NCBI RefSeq assembly: GCF_000315625.1
Contig: NW_005434538.1
Span: 47,855-111,269, forward strand
Source of the DNA: Guillardia theta CCMP2712
Lineage: Eukaryota > Protista > Cryptophyta
Direction: 5' to 3'
Length of the DNA: 63,415 bases
The notes beneath the pieces were generated by a model. It saw only the letters and a list, made by a program, of their open reading frames with translations, did no database searches and was not told the origin of the DNA. Position 1 is the stretch's first letter. The number at the start of each line of letters is the position of its first letter. The position numbers and the translations under genes are program-made. Below, one piece after another: positions 45,340-56,349 of the stretch.

Positions 45340-47891
45340 GGATGCTCGCCTGTCATGCTCTCTGCGCTTCTGTCAGGGACAGTGCTACTCTGTTCCCATG
45401 CCGTCAGTCGCCAAAGTTGTATGCCCCGTGTGTGATTGACGGTGATCCGAGCTCCAGTCTCCGACAGGGAGATTCAACCGATCCTGCTGCGGTGGCTTCC
45501 AGGCTTTATCTTCCGTCTTTTCTCCGATTCAGGGAGGGTGTCTCGGACCCTTGCCACCGAGTCCGTGTCGCTCGAGAATTGTCAGTCTTCCGTCTTCTAT
45601 CCGATTCAGGGAGGGTGTCTCGGGTGATGTCACCGAGGAGACTCTCATGGAGAACGTGAAGGAATCGGATGAATCGGAAGGAGGATAAAGACAGACACGT
45701 CTTCCTCAAGCCTGTGGCTAGCTGCAACCAAGACATCTGTTCTAGGTTAGTATCTTAGAAACTCGCTCATCCTGATCTATGGAACCCATGACGGTAGTGA
45801 ACGATGAAATTGAATGGCCAAAAATGAAAATTGAGAAAGAAATGACGGATGAGTCGAGATCGATAAGTCATGTGGTTGAAATGAAAGCGCTGACGTCAAA
45901 AATGATTGTGCCTTGGCAAAACAATGATCCCCGGGGTAGATAGGATAGAAAGGGCCCATAGATTAGAAACGAGAAAATTGTGTTCAAAACAATCAGAGAT
46001 CAATCAATGCATTGCAAGAATTCTGAACCTGATCTCTGGAGCTTGATTGGAATCCAAAATTCTTGGCATCATCAATGGGTGGAGATGTCTTCATTGCTCA
46101 ATGCGCAAGCTTCAGAGAGGTCACATGATGACCAATCCCATCATGACGATCAGGTTGAAGAGGAGGAGGAGCTGTCTGACTTGAAAGATGCAGATGTGTT
46201 CAGGACTTAGTCTTGAACTGACACTGCAGGCAGCTGGGAAGAGTTTATGATGGAAGGTGAGGAGGAGCACAGGTGCATGCGGACAGCGCAGGCGGATGAG
46301 GAGAGTCTCTAGTGGCATGCGGATGGTACAAGCTGAGGAACCCGAGTGCACGAGCATCAGGATGCGCTAGAGGAGGACAGCGCAGGTGCTGCAGGAGTGC
46401 TGCTGAAGCGCAAGCGCTGGAGGAGCAGCGCAGGCCCCGCAATGGTGGGGAGCAGCCGCAGCGCAGGTGGAGGAGCAGCGCAGGTGCTGCAGGAGTGCTG
46501 CTGAAGCGCAAGCGCTGGAGGAGCAGCGCAGGCCCCGCAATGGTGGGGAGAAGCCGCAGCGCAAGCGGAGGAGCAGCACAGGTGCACTGTTGGCGGGGTG
46601 CGACCGCACTGCATCCGCAGCGCAAGCGGAGGAGGAGCGCAGGTGTCACAGGAGGAGAAACGCAGGTGCACCAGGGTGCACACTTGAACCGAAGGAGGAG
46701 CGCAGGAGGCATGCAAGATGGGGGATGAGCCTGTGCAGAACGGTTGATGGAGTGGTAGCAGCAAGATGACCTTGGAGAGGAGAGCAGCATGGAAGTCAGC
46801 TTGGGAAAGATGTTGATGGTCAGGTGATGGAAGCAGCTGACAACGCTGCAAGAAGCTAGAGCGATCGTTGGAAAGGAGGACATCGCAGGGGACAGCTGCT
46901 TAGCTGTCAAGCAGATGATTTTGACAAGCTGAGAAGGTTGCAGACTTCTGACTTGCTTCCCAAAGGGAGGGTGTAAGAACTCAGGTTCTGACAAACCTCT
47001 CAGAAGTTCTTTCAGACGCGATAAGTTCAAGGGATGCGTCTAATCAGGTTGTGAACCAAGTGAAGCCTGCAGGTCCAAGCTAGTGGGCTGGAGCTTAGTC
47101 TGTGACTTAGAAGATCCGGTTGGTTGGAGCCTGGGGAAGCTGAGGCGGCGCCGGAGGAATCAAGAGGCACCGGCGGTCGAAGAGGCAGCACTCGTACAGT
47201 GGTGGAAGTAAGGCGGTGGTGTGTGAAGGGAAGCTGTTTGGTTGGTCTTGCTGCTACGAGTGTTGGGAATAAAGTGCTGGGGATTGTTGGGAAGTTGATC
47301 TGAGTTATCTGAGGTGTTTGGTTGGCTGTGAAAGTCATTGGTGTCTTCGTGCGCACATCATCTGTGAGTCTTGGTCTTTGGACTTATCAGTCAGCTGTTG
47401 AGCTGTTCTACTAGTCATTCATCTGTGCACAGACTCTAGGAGTCAGGAATTGATTCCAATACCAACTCGGTATGTATCTGGTCTCGGATCAATTTAAGGA
47501 CTGCGCCCTACAAGACTGAGCCTGCCTCAGAACAAGCAGTACGCCGCAAAAAAAGAGAGATACTCGAGATATGCTGACATCTGACGGCTACAACCCCACC
47601 CCCACCCACTACCTGGGGGCAAAGGTTTTTAGGGAGGTAGTGGGGTGGACTTTCGTTTCGAAACAGGGGTGGTGCAGAGGGGCCGTAAACTGCTCGTGAA
47701 TCTCTACTCGCGTCCAGATCCAAGTGAGGGGAAGTGGCGAGGAGGGAGGAAGCGAGGATGGGAGATAAACGCAGAAAAGAAATAGCGGACAAACAAGAAG
47801 GAAATCTGAGCACTAATGAGGAGTCACGTGTTGCGTGTCTCGAGTGAGAGTTGATACAAGTAAAACTGCTTGCAGGTGACAGGCATTGAGA

Positions 47892-50020
47892 ATGAAGCTA
47901 CTTTCTCGCACGATTGCGAAACTCTTCCTTTTAGGATTTTTGGTCTTGCTGCCATCAGTCCAAGCTCATGACCATGATGATCATGATCATGACCATGATG
48001 ATCATGATCATGATGACCATGATCATGACGAACTGTGGCACGGACACGTTGAGTTAGGTAAACAAACCTACACATTGAATCTGCAACGACCAGCAGCAGG
48101 AGAGGTATGCTGCTTCTAGACTCTTCATGTCCTCATGCCCATGTTTGACATATCTCTTCGTAGGACTACGTCGACACTTCTCTCAAGATTGCCATCGTCA
48201 ATCCTGCGGACGTGAAAAAAGCGAACGTGACATCAGATGCACTGAAGTCAGCGATCCACGCCAAGTTTGATACTGAATTGAAGAGGTATGAGCAAGGATC
48301 TGTGGTTGGCATGGGGTCCACAGACACATCATCTACGTTGCTGACCTCGATCCCTGTTGACTTGTTCGTGTTGGTTCCTGACCGGGATGCTTCCAACACT
48401 GTGATCAAGTTGTCCGTACCGAAGGCAACTACGTACGGGATTTTCGCAAACCATCCCTTGTCCGAGTGGGAGGGGGCTTTGAAGTTCATGATGGATAGCC
48501 GTTCAAATGAGGTCCTCCTTGAAGGGTCGACGACCTGTCAATCGTCCTTGTCTTCCTCGCCGTGTGGGGACTGTCGATCTTGGGAGCGTTTATCGGAGCA
48601 GCCATGTCGCTTTCCGGTGTGCTGATTATCGTCCCTGTGCTCAAGATGGAGGAGCTGTGGATTCTCAAGTACCTCAACTGCCTGGCTGCTGGCGTGCTGC
48701 TCAGCTTTGTTCTCATCCATCTCATCCCCGAAGCTGGCCATCTGCATGGTGACGTGCACGAGGAGGCTGATGAAAACCTTGACTCGCCGTACTGCAGGCA
48801 GTTTAAGCTGGGAGGTCAGCACAACCGTGTTGGCTGGATTCTTTGCTGGTAAGCTTCACTTTGAGGTGCCGACCTTGCAATGATTGATTATCAAGGGCTT
48901 CTGGTCGAGCATGGTATACACCTCTACTTCACTGCCTACGGGAAGGAGCCGGTGACCGCCGCTTGTTATTTGATCCACCACGGTCGTCCTGATCGAGTCC
49001 CCAGGCAAGGATTGAAGGTGGGACCGGGACATCGCCTAGGAAAGGAGAGCTGGTCTTTGTCGATCAAGAAGCTCAAGATCACATGGCGCTGAGCAGTCAG
49101 AAAGCGCTGGACGGTGACGCTGTGCAAGACAAGCCAGTCGCANNNNNNNNNNNNNNNNNNNNNNNNNNNNNNNNNNNNNNNNNNNNNNNNNNNNNNNNNN
49201 NNNNNNNNNNNNNNNNNNNNNNNNNNNNNNNNNNNNNNNNNNACATCCTGCTCGGAGATTTCTCGCACACGTTCTTCGATGGGGTATCAACGGCGATTGC
49301 TTTCAAGTACTGCGGCTCTGGTTTGCCAGCTGCAGCCCTCACGTTGAGCACGCGGTAATGGATGTCGTCAGGACTAGGATGGGTTGTAGTTGGAGCAGCC
49401 GTCGCTCACGAGCTTCCGCAAGAGCTGGGCGACTTTGTAGTGCTGTACAACTCTGGCATGTCCGTCTTCCTTTGAAGTCACCTTGAGGGAGCAGTCTCAC
49501 GTCATGCGCAGGTCCATCAAATGGGCTCTGATCAGCAACTTTCTCTCTTCGCTCTCGGCCTGTCTGGGGGTACCCTGCTGTGGTGCTGAGGCTTCTCGGG
49601 GGTCTGACGGCAGCACCAGAGCATCGTCATCCTTGCCGCCACGGAGAGTGCTCATGAGAATATCAACCAAGACATGGGTATATGTCTCGCGTTCGCAGCA
49701 GGGATCCTCCTCTACATCGCATCAGGTACAGCAACCTTGTTGTACGTCTTGTGCTTTGACATCTCTGACAATCTCCTTGCGACATTGAAGGCCTTGTACT
49801 GGACATAGTCAAAGTGGACGATGTGCGATCAGCTATGACATGCTGGCTGGTATGTGCTCGCATGAGCAAGACGACTAGTGTGCAACACGGACTGACACGC
49901 TGGGTGGGCCAGATGTTTATCGTCGGGGCGGTTGCGCTTGGGCTGACAGCCCTCAATCATATCCACTGCGAATGCTTCGGAGATCATTCGGGTCATGAGC
50001 ATCACGGTCACGCTCACTGA
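47892..50020 (+). pseudogene. ZIP metal transporter, copy 3; 1-bp deletion frameshift (or sequencing error) and N gap
   Basis: TCTTCCTCGCCG at ~48551-48562 versus TCTTCCTCTGCCG in the other copies splits the 213-aa exon ORF. Also ATG>ATA at ~49807 and an altered HNFFDG next to the gap. Confidence 0.65.
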
Positions 50021-50858
50021 TGGAGGAGGGTGGCGGACGCGGAGCCTCATGACCATCTGCTTGGCTGTGCTCCCACAAGCCTCTTGCAACGGCCGAAGAC
50101 GCTGATCAATCACGACCGTCTGTCTCCCTATGGAAGATCTGCAAGTGCAAGCTGGCATCCCCGGCTGTGAAGCAATAGTGAGTGCGTGTGTTTATGTGTG
50201 TGCGTGTGTGTAGAGTAAGCCTCCTAGTCTTTTTTCTTGTAATGCAAGAATCAGGAGCCATGACTTCCATCCTTACGTTGAGAGCCTCTTGGTACAGATG
50301 TTTTAGTTATCAAAGGGACTCTAGCACATTCGAAGGTGGCAGAGGGGGTTATATGTTTTAGAGGGAGAGGGCTCACGCGAAATTACTATTGTAACCTTCT
50401 ACATGATTGTACTTACAATACGTTGGAACCAACTCGGTATGTATCTGGTCTCGGATCAATTTAAGGACTGCGCCCTACAAGACTGAGCCTGCCTCAGAAC
50501 AAGCAGTACGCCGCAAAAAAAGAGAGATACTCGAGATATGCTGACATCTGACGGCTACAACCCCACCCCCACCCACTACCTGGGGGCAAAGGTTTTTAAG
50601 GGAGGTGGTGGGGTGGACTTTCGTTTCGAAACAGGGGTGGTGCAGAGGGGCCGTAAACTGCTCGTGAATCTCTACTCGCGTCCAGATCCAAGTGAGGGGA
50701 AGTGGCGAGGAGGGAGGAAGCGAGGATGGGAGATAGACGCAGAAAAGAAATAGCGGACAAACAAGAAGGAATCTGAGCACTAATGAGGAGTCACGTGTTG
50801 CGTGTCTCGAGTGAGAGTTGATACAAGTAAAACTGCTTGCAGGTGACAGGCATTGAGA

Positions 50859-52904
50859 ATGAAGCTACTTTCTCGCACGATTGCGAAACTCTTCCTTTTA
50901 GGATTTTTGGTCTTGCTGCCATCAGTCCAAGCTCATGACCATGATGATCATGATCATGACCATGATGATCATGATCATGATGACCATGATCATGACGAGC
51001 TGTGGCACGGACACGTTGAGTTAGGTAAACAAACCTACACATTGAATCTGCAACGACCAGCAGCAGGAGAGGTATGCTGCTTCTAGACTCTTCATGTCCT
51101 CATGCCCCTGTTTGACATATCTCTTCGTAGGACTACGTCGACACTTCTCTCAAGATTGCCATCGTCAATCCTGCGGACGTGAAAAAAGCGAACGTGACAT
51201 CAGATGCACTGAAGTCAGCGATCCACGCCAAGTTTGATACTGAATTGAAGAGGTATGAGCAAGGATCTGTGGTTGGCATGGGGTCCACAGACACATCATC
51301 TACGTTGCTGACCTCGATCCCTGTTGACTTGTTCGTGTTGGTTCCTGACCGGGATGCTTCCAACACTGTGATCAAGTTGTCCGTACCGAAGGCAACTACG
51401 TACGGGATTTTCGCAAACCATCCCTTGTCCGAGTGGGAGGGGGCTTTGAAGTTCATGATGGATAGCCGTTCAAATGAGGTCCTCCTTGAAGGGTCGACGA
51501 CCTGTCAATCGTCCTTGTCTTCCTCTGCCGTGTGGGGACTGTCGATCTTGGGAGCGTTTATCGGAGCAGCCATGTCGCTTTCCGGTGTGCTGATTATCGT
51601 CCCTGTGCTCAAGATGGAGGAGCTGTGGATTCTCAAGTACCTCAACTGCCTGGCTGCTGGCGTGCTGCTCAGCTTTGTTCTCATCCATCTCATCCCCGAA
51701 GCTGGCCATCTGCATGGTGACGTGCACGAGGAGGCTGATGAAAACCTTGACTCGCCGTACTGCAGGCAGTTTAAGCTGGGAGGTCAGCACAACCGTGTTG
51801 GCTGGATTCTTTGCTGGTAAGCTTCACTTTGAGGTGCCGACCTTGCAATGATTGATTATCAAGGGCTTCTGGTCGAGCATGGTATACACCTCTACTTCAC
51901 TACCTACGGGAAGGAGCCGGTGACCGCCGCTTGTTATTTGATCATCCACGGTCGTCCTGATCGAGTCCCCAGGCAAGGATTGAAGGTGGGACCGGGACAT
52001 CGCCTAGGAAAGGAGAGCTGGTCTTTGTCGATCAAGAAGCTCAAGATCACATGGCGCTGAGCAGTCAGAAAGCGCTGGACGGTGACGCTGTGCAAGACAA
52101 GCCAGTCGCATGGGGAAGGATCGGAAACATCCTGCTCGGAGATTTCTTCCACAACTTCTTCGATGGGGTATCAACGGCGATTGCTTTCAAGTACTGCGGC
52201 TCTGGTTTGCCAGCTGCAGCCCTCACGTTGAGCACGCGGTAATGGATGTCGTCAGGACTAGGATGGGTTGTCGTTGGAGCGGCCGTCGCTCACGAGCTTC
52301 CGCAAGAGCTGGGCGACTTTGTAGTGCTGTACAACTCTGGCATGTCCGTCTTCCTTTGAAGTCACCTTGAGGGAGCAGTCTCACGTCATGCGCAGGTCCA
52401 TCAAATGGGCTCTGATCAGCAACTTTCTCTCTTCGCTCTCGGCCTGTCTGGGGGTACCCTGCTGTGGTGCTGAGGCTTCTCGGGGGTCTGACGGCAGCAC
52501 CAGAGCATCGTCATCCTTGCCGCCACGGAGAGTGCTCATGAGAATATCAACCAAGACATGGGTATATGTCTCGCGTTCGCAGCAGGGATCCTCCTCTACA
52601 TCGCATCAGGTACAGCAACCTTGTTGTACGTCTTGTGCTTTGACATCTCTGACAATCTCCTTGCGACATTGAAGGCCTTGTACTGGACATGGTCAAAGTG
52701 GACGATGTGCGATCAGCTATGACATGCTGGCTGGTATGTGCTCGCATGAGCAAGACGACTAGTGTGCAACACGGACTGACACGCTGGGTGGGCCAGATGT
52801 TTATCGTCGGGGCGGTTGCGCTTGGGCTGACAGCCCTCAATCATATCCACTGCGAATGCTTCGGAGATCATTCGGGTCATGAGCATCACGGTCACGCTCA
52901 CTGA
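50859..52904 (+). CDS. ZIP metal transporter, copy 4
   Basis: Intact and near-identical to copy 1. Confidence 0.92.
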
Positions 52905-53643
52905 TGGAGGAGGGTGGCGGACGCGGAGCCTCATGACCATCTGCTTGGCTGTGCTCCCACAAGCCTCTTGCAACGGCCGAAGACGCTGATCAATCACGAC
53001 CGTCTGTCTCCCTATGGAAGATCTGCAAGTGCAAGCTGGCATCCCCGGCTGTGAAGCAATAGTGAGTGCGTGTGTTTATGTGTGCGCGTGTGTGTAGAGT
53101 AAGCCTCCTAGTCTTTATTCTTGTAATATAAGAATCAGGAGCCATGACTACCATCCAGCATCTTACATTGTAGCAACTCACGACTTGAAGCATTACTTGT
53201 AACTCTCTGGCCCACAAACCACCTCTGTCAGTTCATTTTGCATACAAACAGGCCTTAACGGTTACTCAGGCTACCTGTGGAGGGCCTCTTTATTAGTAAG
53301 AACTCTTCAATCGCAAGAAATAGGGTACTTATTCTGAACTAGTTGCATGTTCCTAGCTCAGTCCTTCGTGTTCCTGTTCCGAGGTTTTTCGTCTTGGCAA
53401 ACTGAAGGACAGCAGCAGTCTTCAGGATACTCTAAAAGATTCGGCGCAAGAGAATGGACAAGTGGAAGAGGAAAACCTCACGGCCAAGAGGAGGAGGAGG
53501 ATCTTGTTCATACGCTGAGGCCTTGTATTGATATCATTCAATGCAAGCTTAGCTCCTCTGTCCTCTCAAGCGTCTCATCATCAAATCATGCTCCTCCTTC
53601 CCTCCACCCCTTCCGCCTCCCTTCTTGTTACTCTCTACTGGCT

Positions 53644-54780
53644 TCATACCCCTTCCTCCTCCAGTCCCATCCCCATGTACCACTCGATCCACCCTGCCTC
53701 AAGCCCCTCCCACAACCCTTCCCCCTCCGTGTCCCCCTGCCCCACCCACCCCCCTTCTCGTGCCCCTCCCTCCAACCCCTCCGCCTCCTCGAGCCCTACC
53801 TCCCACTCTCCTTCATACTCCTCCTCCCTCTCATCGCCCGCCTGCACAGCCCTCTCCCCTCCCCCTGACGCTGTTGGGACGGGAGGACCCGGCAGCGATG
53901 GCGCGCTGGCGGCGCTGACAGCGACGGGCTCGGTCTCCCTCCTCCTCCTCGCGTACGGCCATCGCCCTAGCCCCAGTGACCGGCAAGCGTTCTTGAGGGC
54001 CGACAGCGAGATCCCCTGCGCTCGCCCGTCACATGGAGGGGGAAGGGGGGGGGGGGGGGGGTGTGCAGGGGGGGGGTGAGAGGTANNNNNNNNNNNNNNN
54101 NNNNNNNNNNNNNNNNNNNNNNNNNNNNNNNNNNNNNNNNNNNNNNNNNNNNNNNNNNNNNNNNNNNNNNNNNNNNNNNNNNNNNTTGTCATGCTCTTGT
54201 ACATGTCCTGCAATCACCGACTCGATTGCAATCGTTGCACCCAAGTCAAAAAGGATTTCACAGCTCTACCCCTGTCTCTCATAGCTCGGCGACTTTGACT
54301 AGAGATCAAGAGATCTTTGTCCTCTTTCTGCAAGCTCCCAGCATACAAAGAAAGCCATATCGACCAGCATACAAACAAAGCCATATTCACAGATTCTCAG
54401 GTGCACATGTGTCAAGTTTTAAGCCTCCGCCTCCCCCATCTCCACGTCTCCCGGGCTCACAGGAGGCAAAGGCAGAGGGCTAGTACCAGAAAGAGCCATC
54501 TGCTCTAGCTGATCATCATCGTCATCCAAGTTCGCCTTCATCTCCTCGGCAAGGTGCAGCAACAACAGCATCTGCTTCTTTGGGGTAGAGGGGAGGGGGA
54601 GGTCGCTTACCAGATGACGGGCAGCGTGAGTTTGGGAGAGGTGGGTGAGGGAGCGGAGGAGGTCGAGGGTGAGTCTGCGGAAAGAAGGGGAGGGTCCGGG
54701 GGATGGAGAACCATCGAGTGTCTTCTTGATCCTGGGGTACACGATACGGACGGTTTTGACGGGAGGGGGAAGGGAAGGGA
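53644..54780 (-). CDS. RWP-RK domain transcription factor (5' end unresolved; intron spans an N gap)
   Basis: TVRIVYPRIKK...LTLDLLRSLTHLSQTHAARHL| (donor 54610) joins in frame to acceptor 54016 |GISLSALKNACRSLGLGRWPYARRR, followed by an acidic tail. Confidence 0.82.
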
Positions 54781-56349
54781 AGGGAAGGAGGAAGGAGGAG
54801 AAGGAAGGGAAGGAAAGGAGGAAGGAGAAGGGGAGGGAGAAGACTGTGGGGAGGAGGAGGAGGGAGGAGTAGAAAGGAGGGTGGTCATGGGCAGGGTGTC
54901 TGAGAGAGCATCGAGGAGACAGGGAGGGTATGGCTGGCTATCGCTGACTGTTCTCGAGGGTGAGCAGCATCTTATGACATATCAGGCCTCGGAGCCTGTA
55001 GGTCCGGTCCCGTCGGCGGCTGTTGAGGGGGTGGGTGTATCCAGGGGGGTGGCAGGAGCTCTTGAGGGTGTGCTTCTGACCGCTTCCATCTACTACCCCC
55101 CAGGCCTGAGCGGGCCCTTCAGTTACGGTTCACGGTTCCTGTAGTAACTTCGGCTTCAGTGCTCAGCCTGACCGGGTCCACTCTATGTCAGAAGAATAAC
55201 AGTTAATTGTAACTTGGGGCCTCTGAGGCCGCGGAGTCCATCTGATCACCCCGCCGGTGCCTCAATACCTCACTCGAGTCCGTCGGTCTGTATCCTCCGT
55301 CCGATCCCTTTACCGTACCCCGTCAGGAAACAGAGAACTAGAGCGGCACCCGTACGGTACAGTGAAGGCCGGGCATCAATCATACGGTAGGCTCAGACAG
55401 CATGTCACTGGGTCCGACTGTTAAAGCCACCTCGACTCTAAAAAAAGGCTTGCTAGGCTCATTGACTTTCGGAGTAAACCTATGGATCATCATCGGCCGG
55501 GATCATCCGACCGTCGAGTGAGACTCGGAGGCTCGCCCGATCAGTCCGGTGACCGTTAGTGCAACCGTCGTGACTGAGTCAGCCGGGCCGGCCGCCTCCC
55601 GGCGACTCCTAGTCACCGAGTCACTCAGTGGGCCGCCGGGCCACACTGGCACATCCCCGTACTACGCGGCATTTTGTTGCCGGATGCGCCCTTCGGACGC
55701 GGCGTACCCGGCGGCCCGGCCCGGTCGGATGGCTGAGAGGCCCGAGGCGAGTCTTCAACTTACGGCCGCCCTCACTCGGAGCCCGGCCCGCTAACTAGCA
55801 GAGTTCAATGATTCAATGTTGGCCCGCTTAACTTTGAGTAAAGCAGCCTTACGGTGCACCGGGACCCGGACATTCAGTTCAGTTCCGGCGAACAGGCTTC
55901 AAGGTTCAGGTTCCCAACCGTGCCGGCGGCCCGGGCCCCCGGCCCGGTCGGCGCCGGTCCCGGGGGGCCCCCCGGGTAACTTAAGTAAAAAATAGTAGTC
56001 AGTTGACCGAATTTTTATGCGGTAAACAGATCCTCGAGATATTGGTGTGAATATTGGCTTTTTGAGTGCCAACTGTGATCTATAGAAATGAAATCAGTAA
56101 GTGTTTCTTCAAATAACATTTCAAATACACAGTTTGGACTGGTATGTGCGTTCATCGTCCGGCATGGCGAGAGTGAGCGGGAAAGCAACTTGCTGCTTCT
56201 TCCTTGCAGCCTCAGAATGCAAGTGAACACGTGAGTGTTCTGAAGGAGGAAAACAACTTCCGCCTTCCTGAAGCAGCTGCGCGCTGATCGACGTCTGTGG
56301 CGGCTCGGGTGAAGGTGGGGAGGAGGATCACGGTTTCAAGGGAAGGAGG

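Larger units (their letters stand above)
38735..47460 (+). mobile_element. Ty1/Copia-type retroelement, 8,726 bp, 5-bp TSD ACCAA, no recognisable LTR pair
   Basis: Empty site TTGGA-ACCAA-CTCGG is seen in sister units (~35858-35872, ~50423-50437). Here ACCAA occurs at 38730-38734 and 47461-47465. gag and pol with Copia order PR-IN-RT-RH lie inside. Confidence 0.93.
33026..53170 (+). repeat. Tandem array of four ~2.87-kb units, each with one ZIP gene; unit 3 interrupted by the Copia-type element
   Basis: Units begin at GAGCCTCTTGGTACA (~33026, ~35716, ~38584, ~50282). Near-identity includes introns and spacers. Identity ends at CATCTTAC(A/G)TTG, ~53170. Confidence 0.95.

Noticed and set aside
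38724-47460. Imperfect inverted similarity between TTGGAACCAATATCC (left junction) and the reverse complement of the right end
   Set aside because: Most of the left arm is target DNA present in the empty sites, so it cannot be an element TIR; short enough to be chance.
55921-55980. GC-rich palindromic cluster as an ncRNA or terminator
   Set aside because: No recognisable RNA family features; short GC palindromes are common in these intergenic regions.
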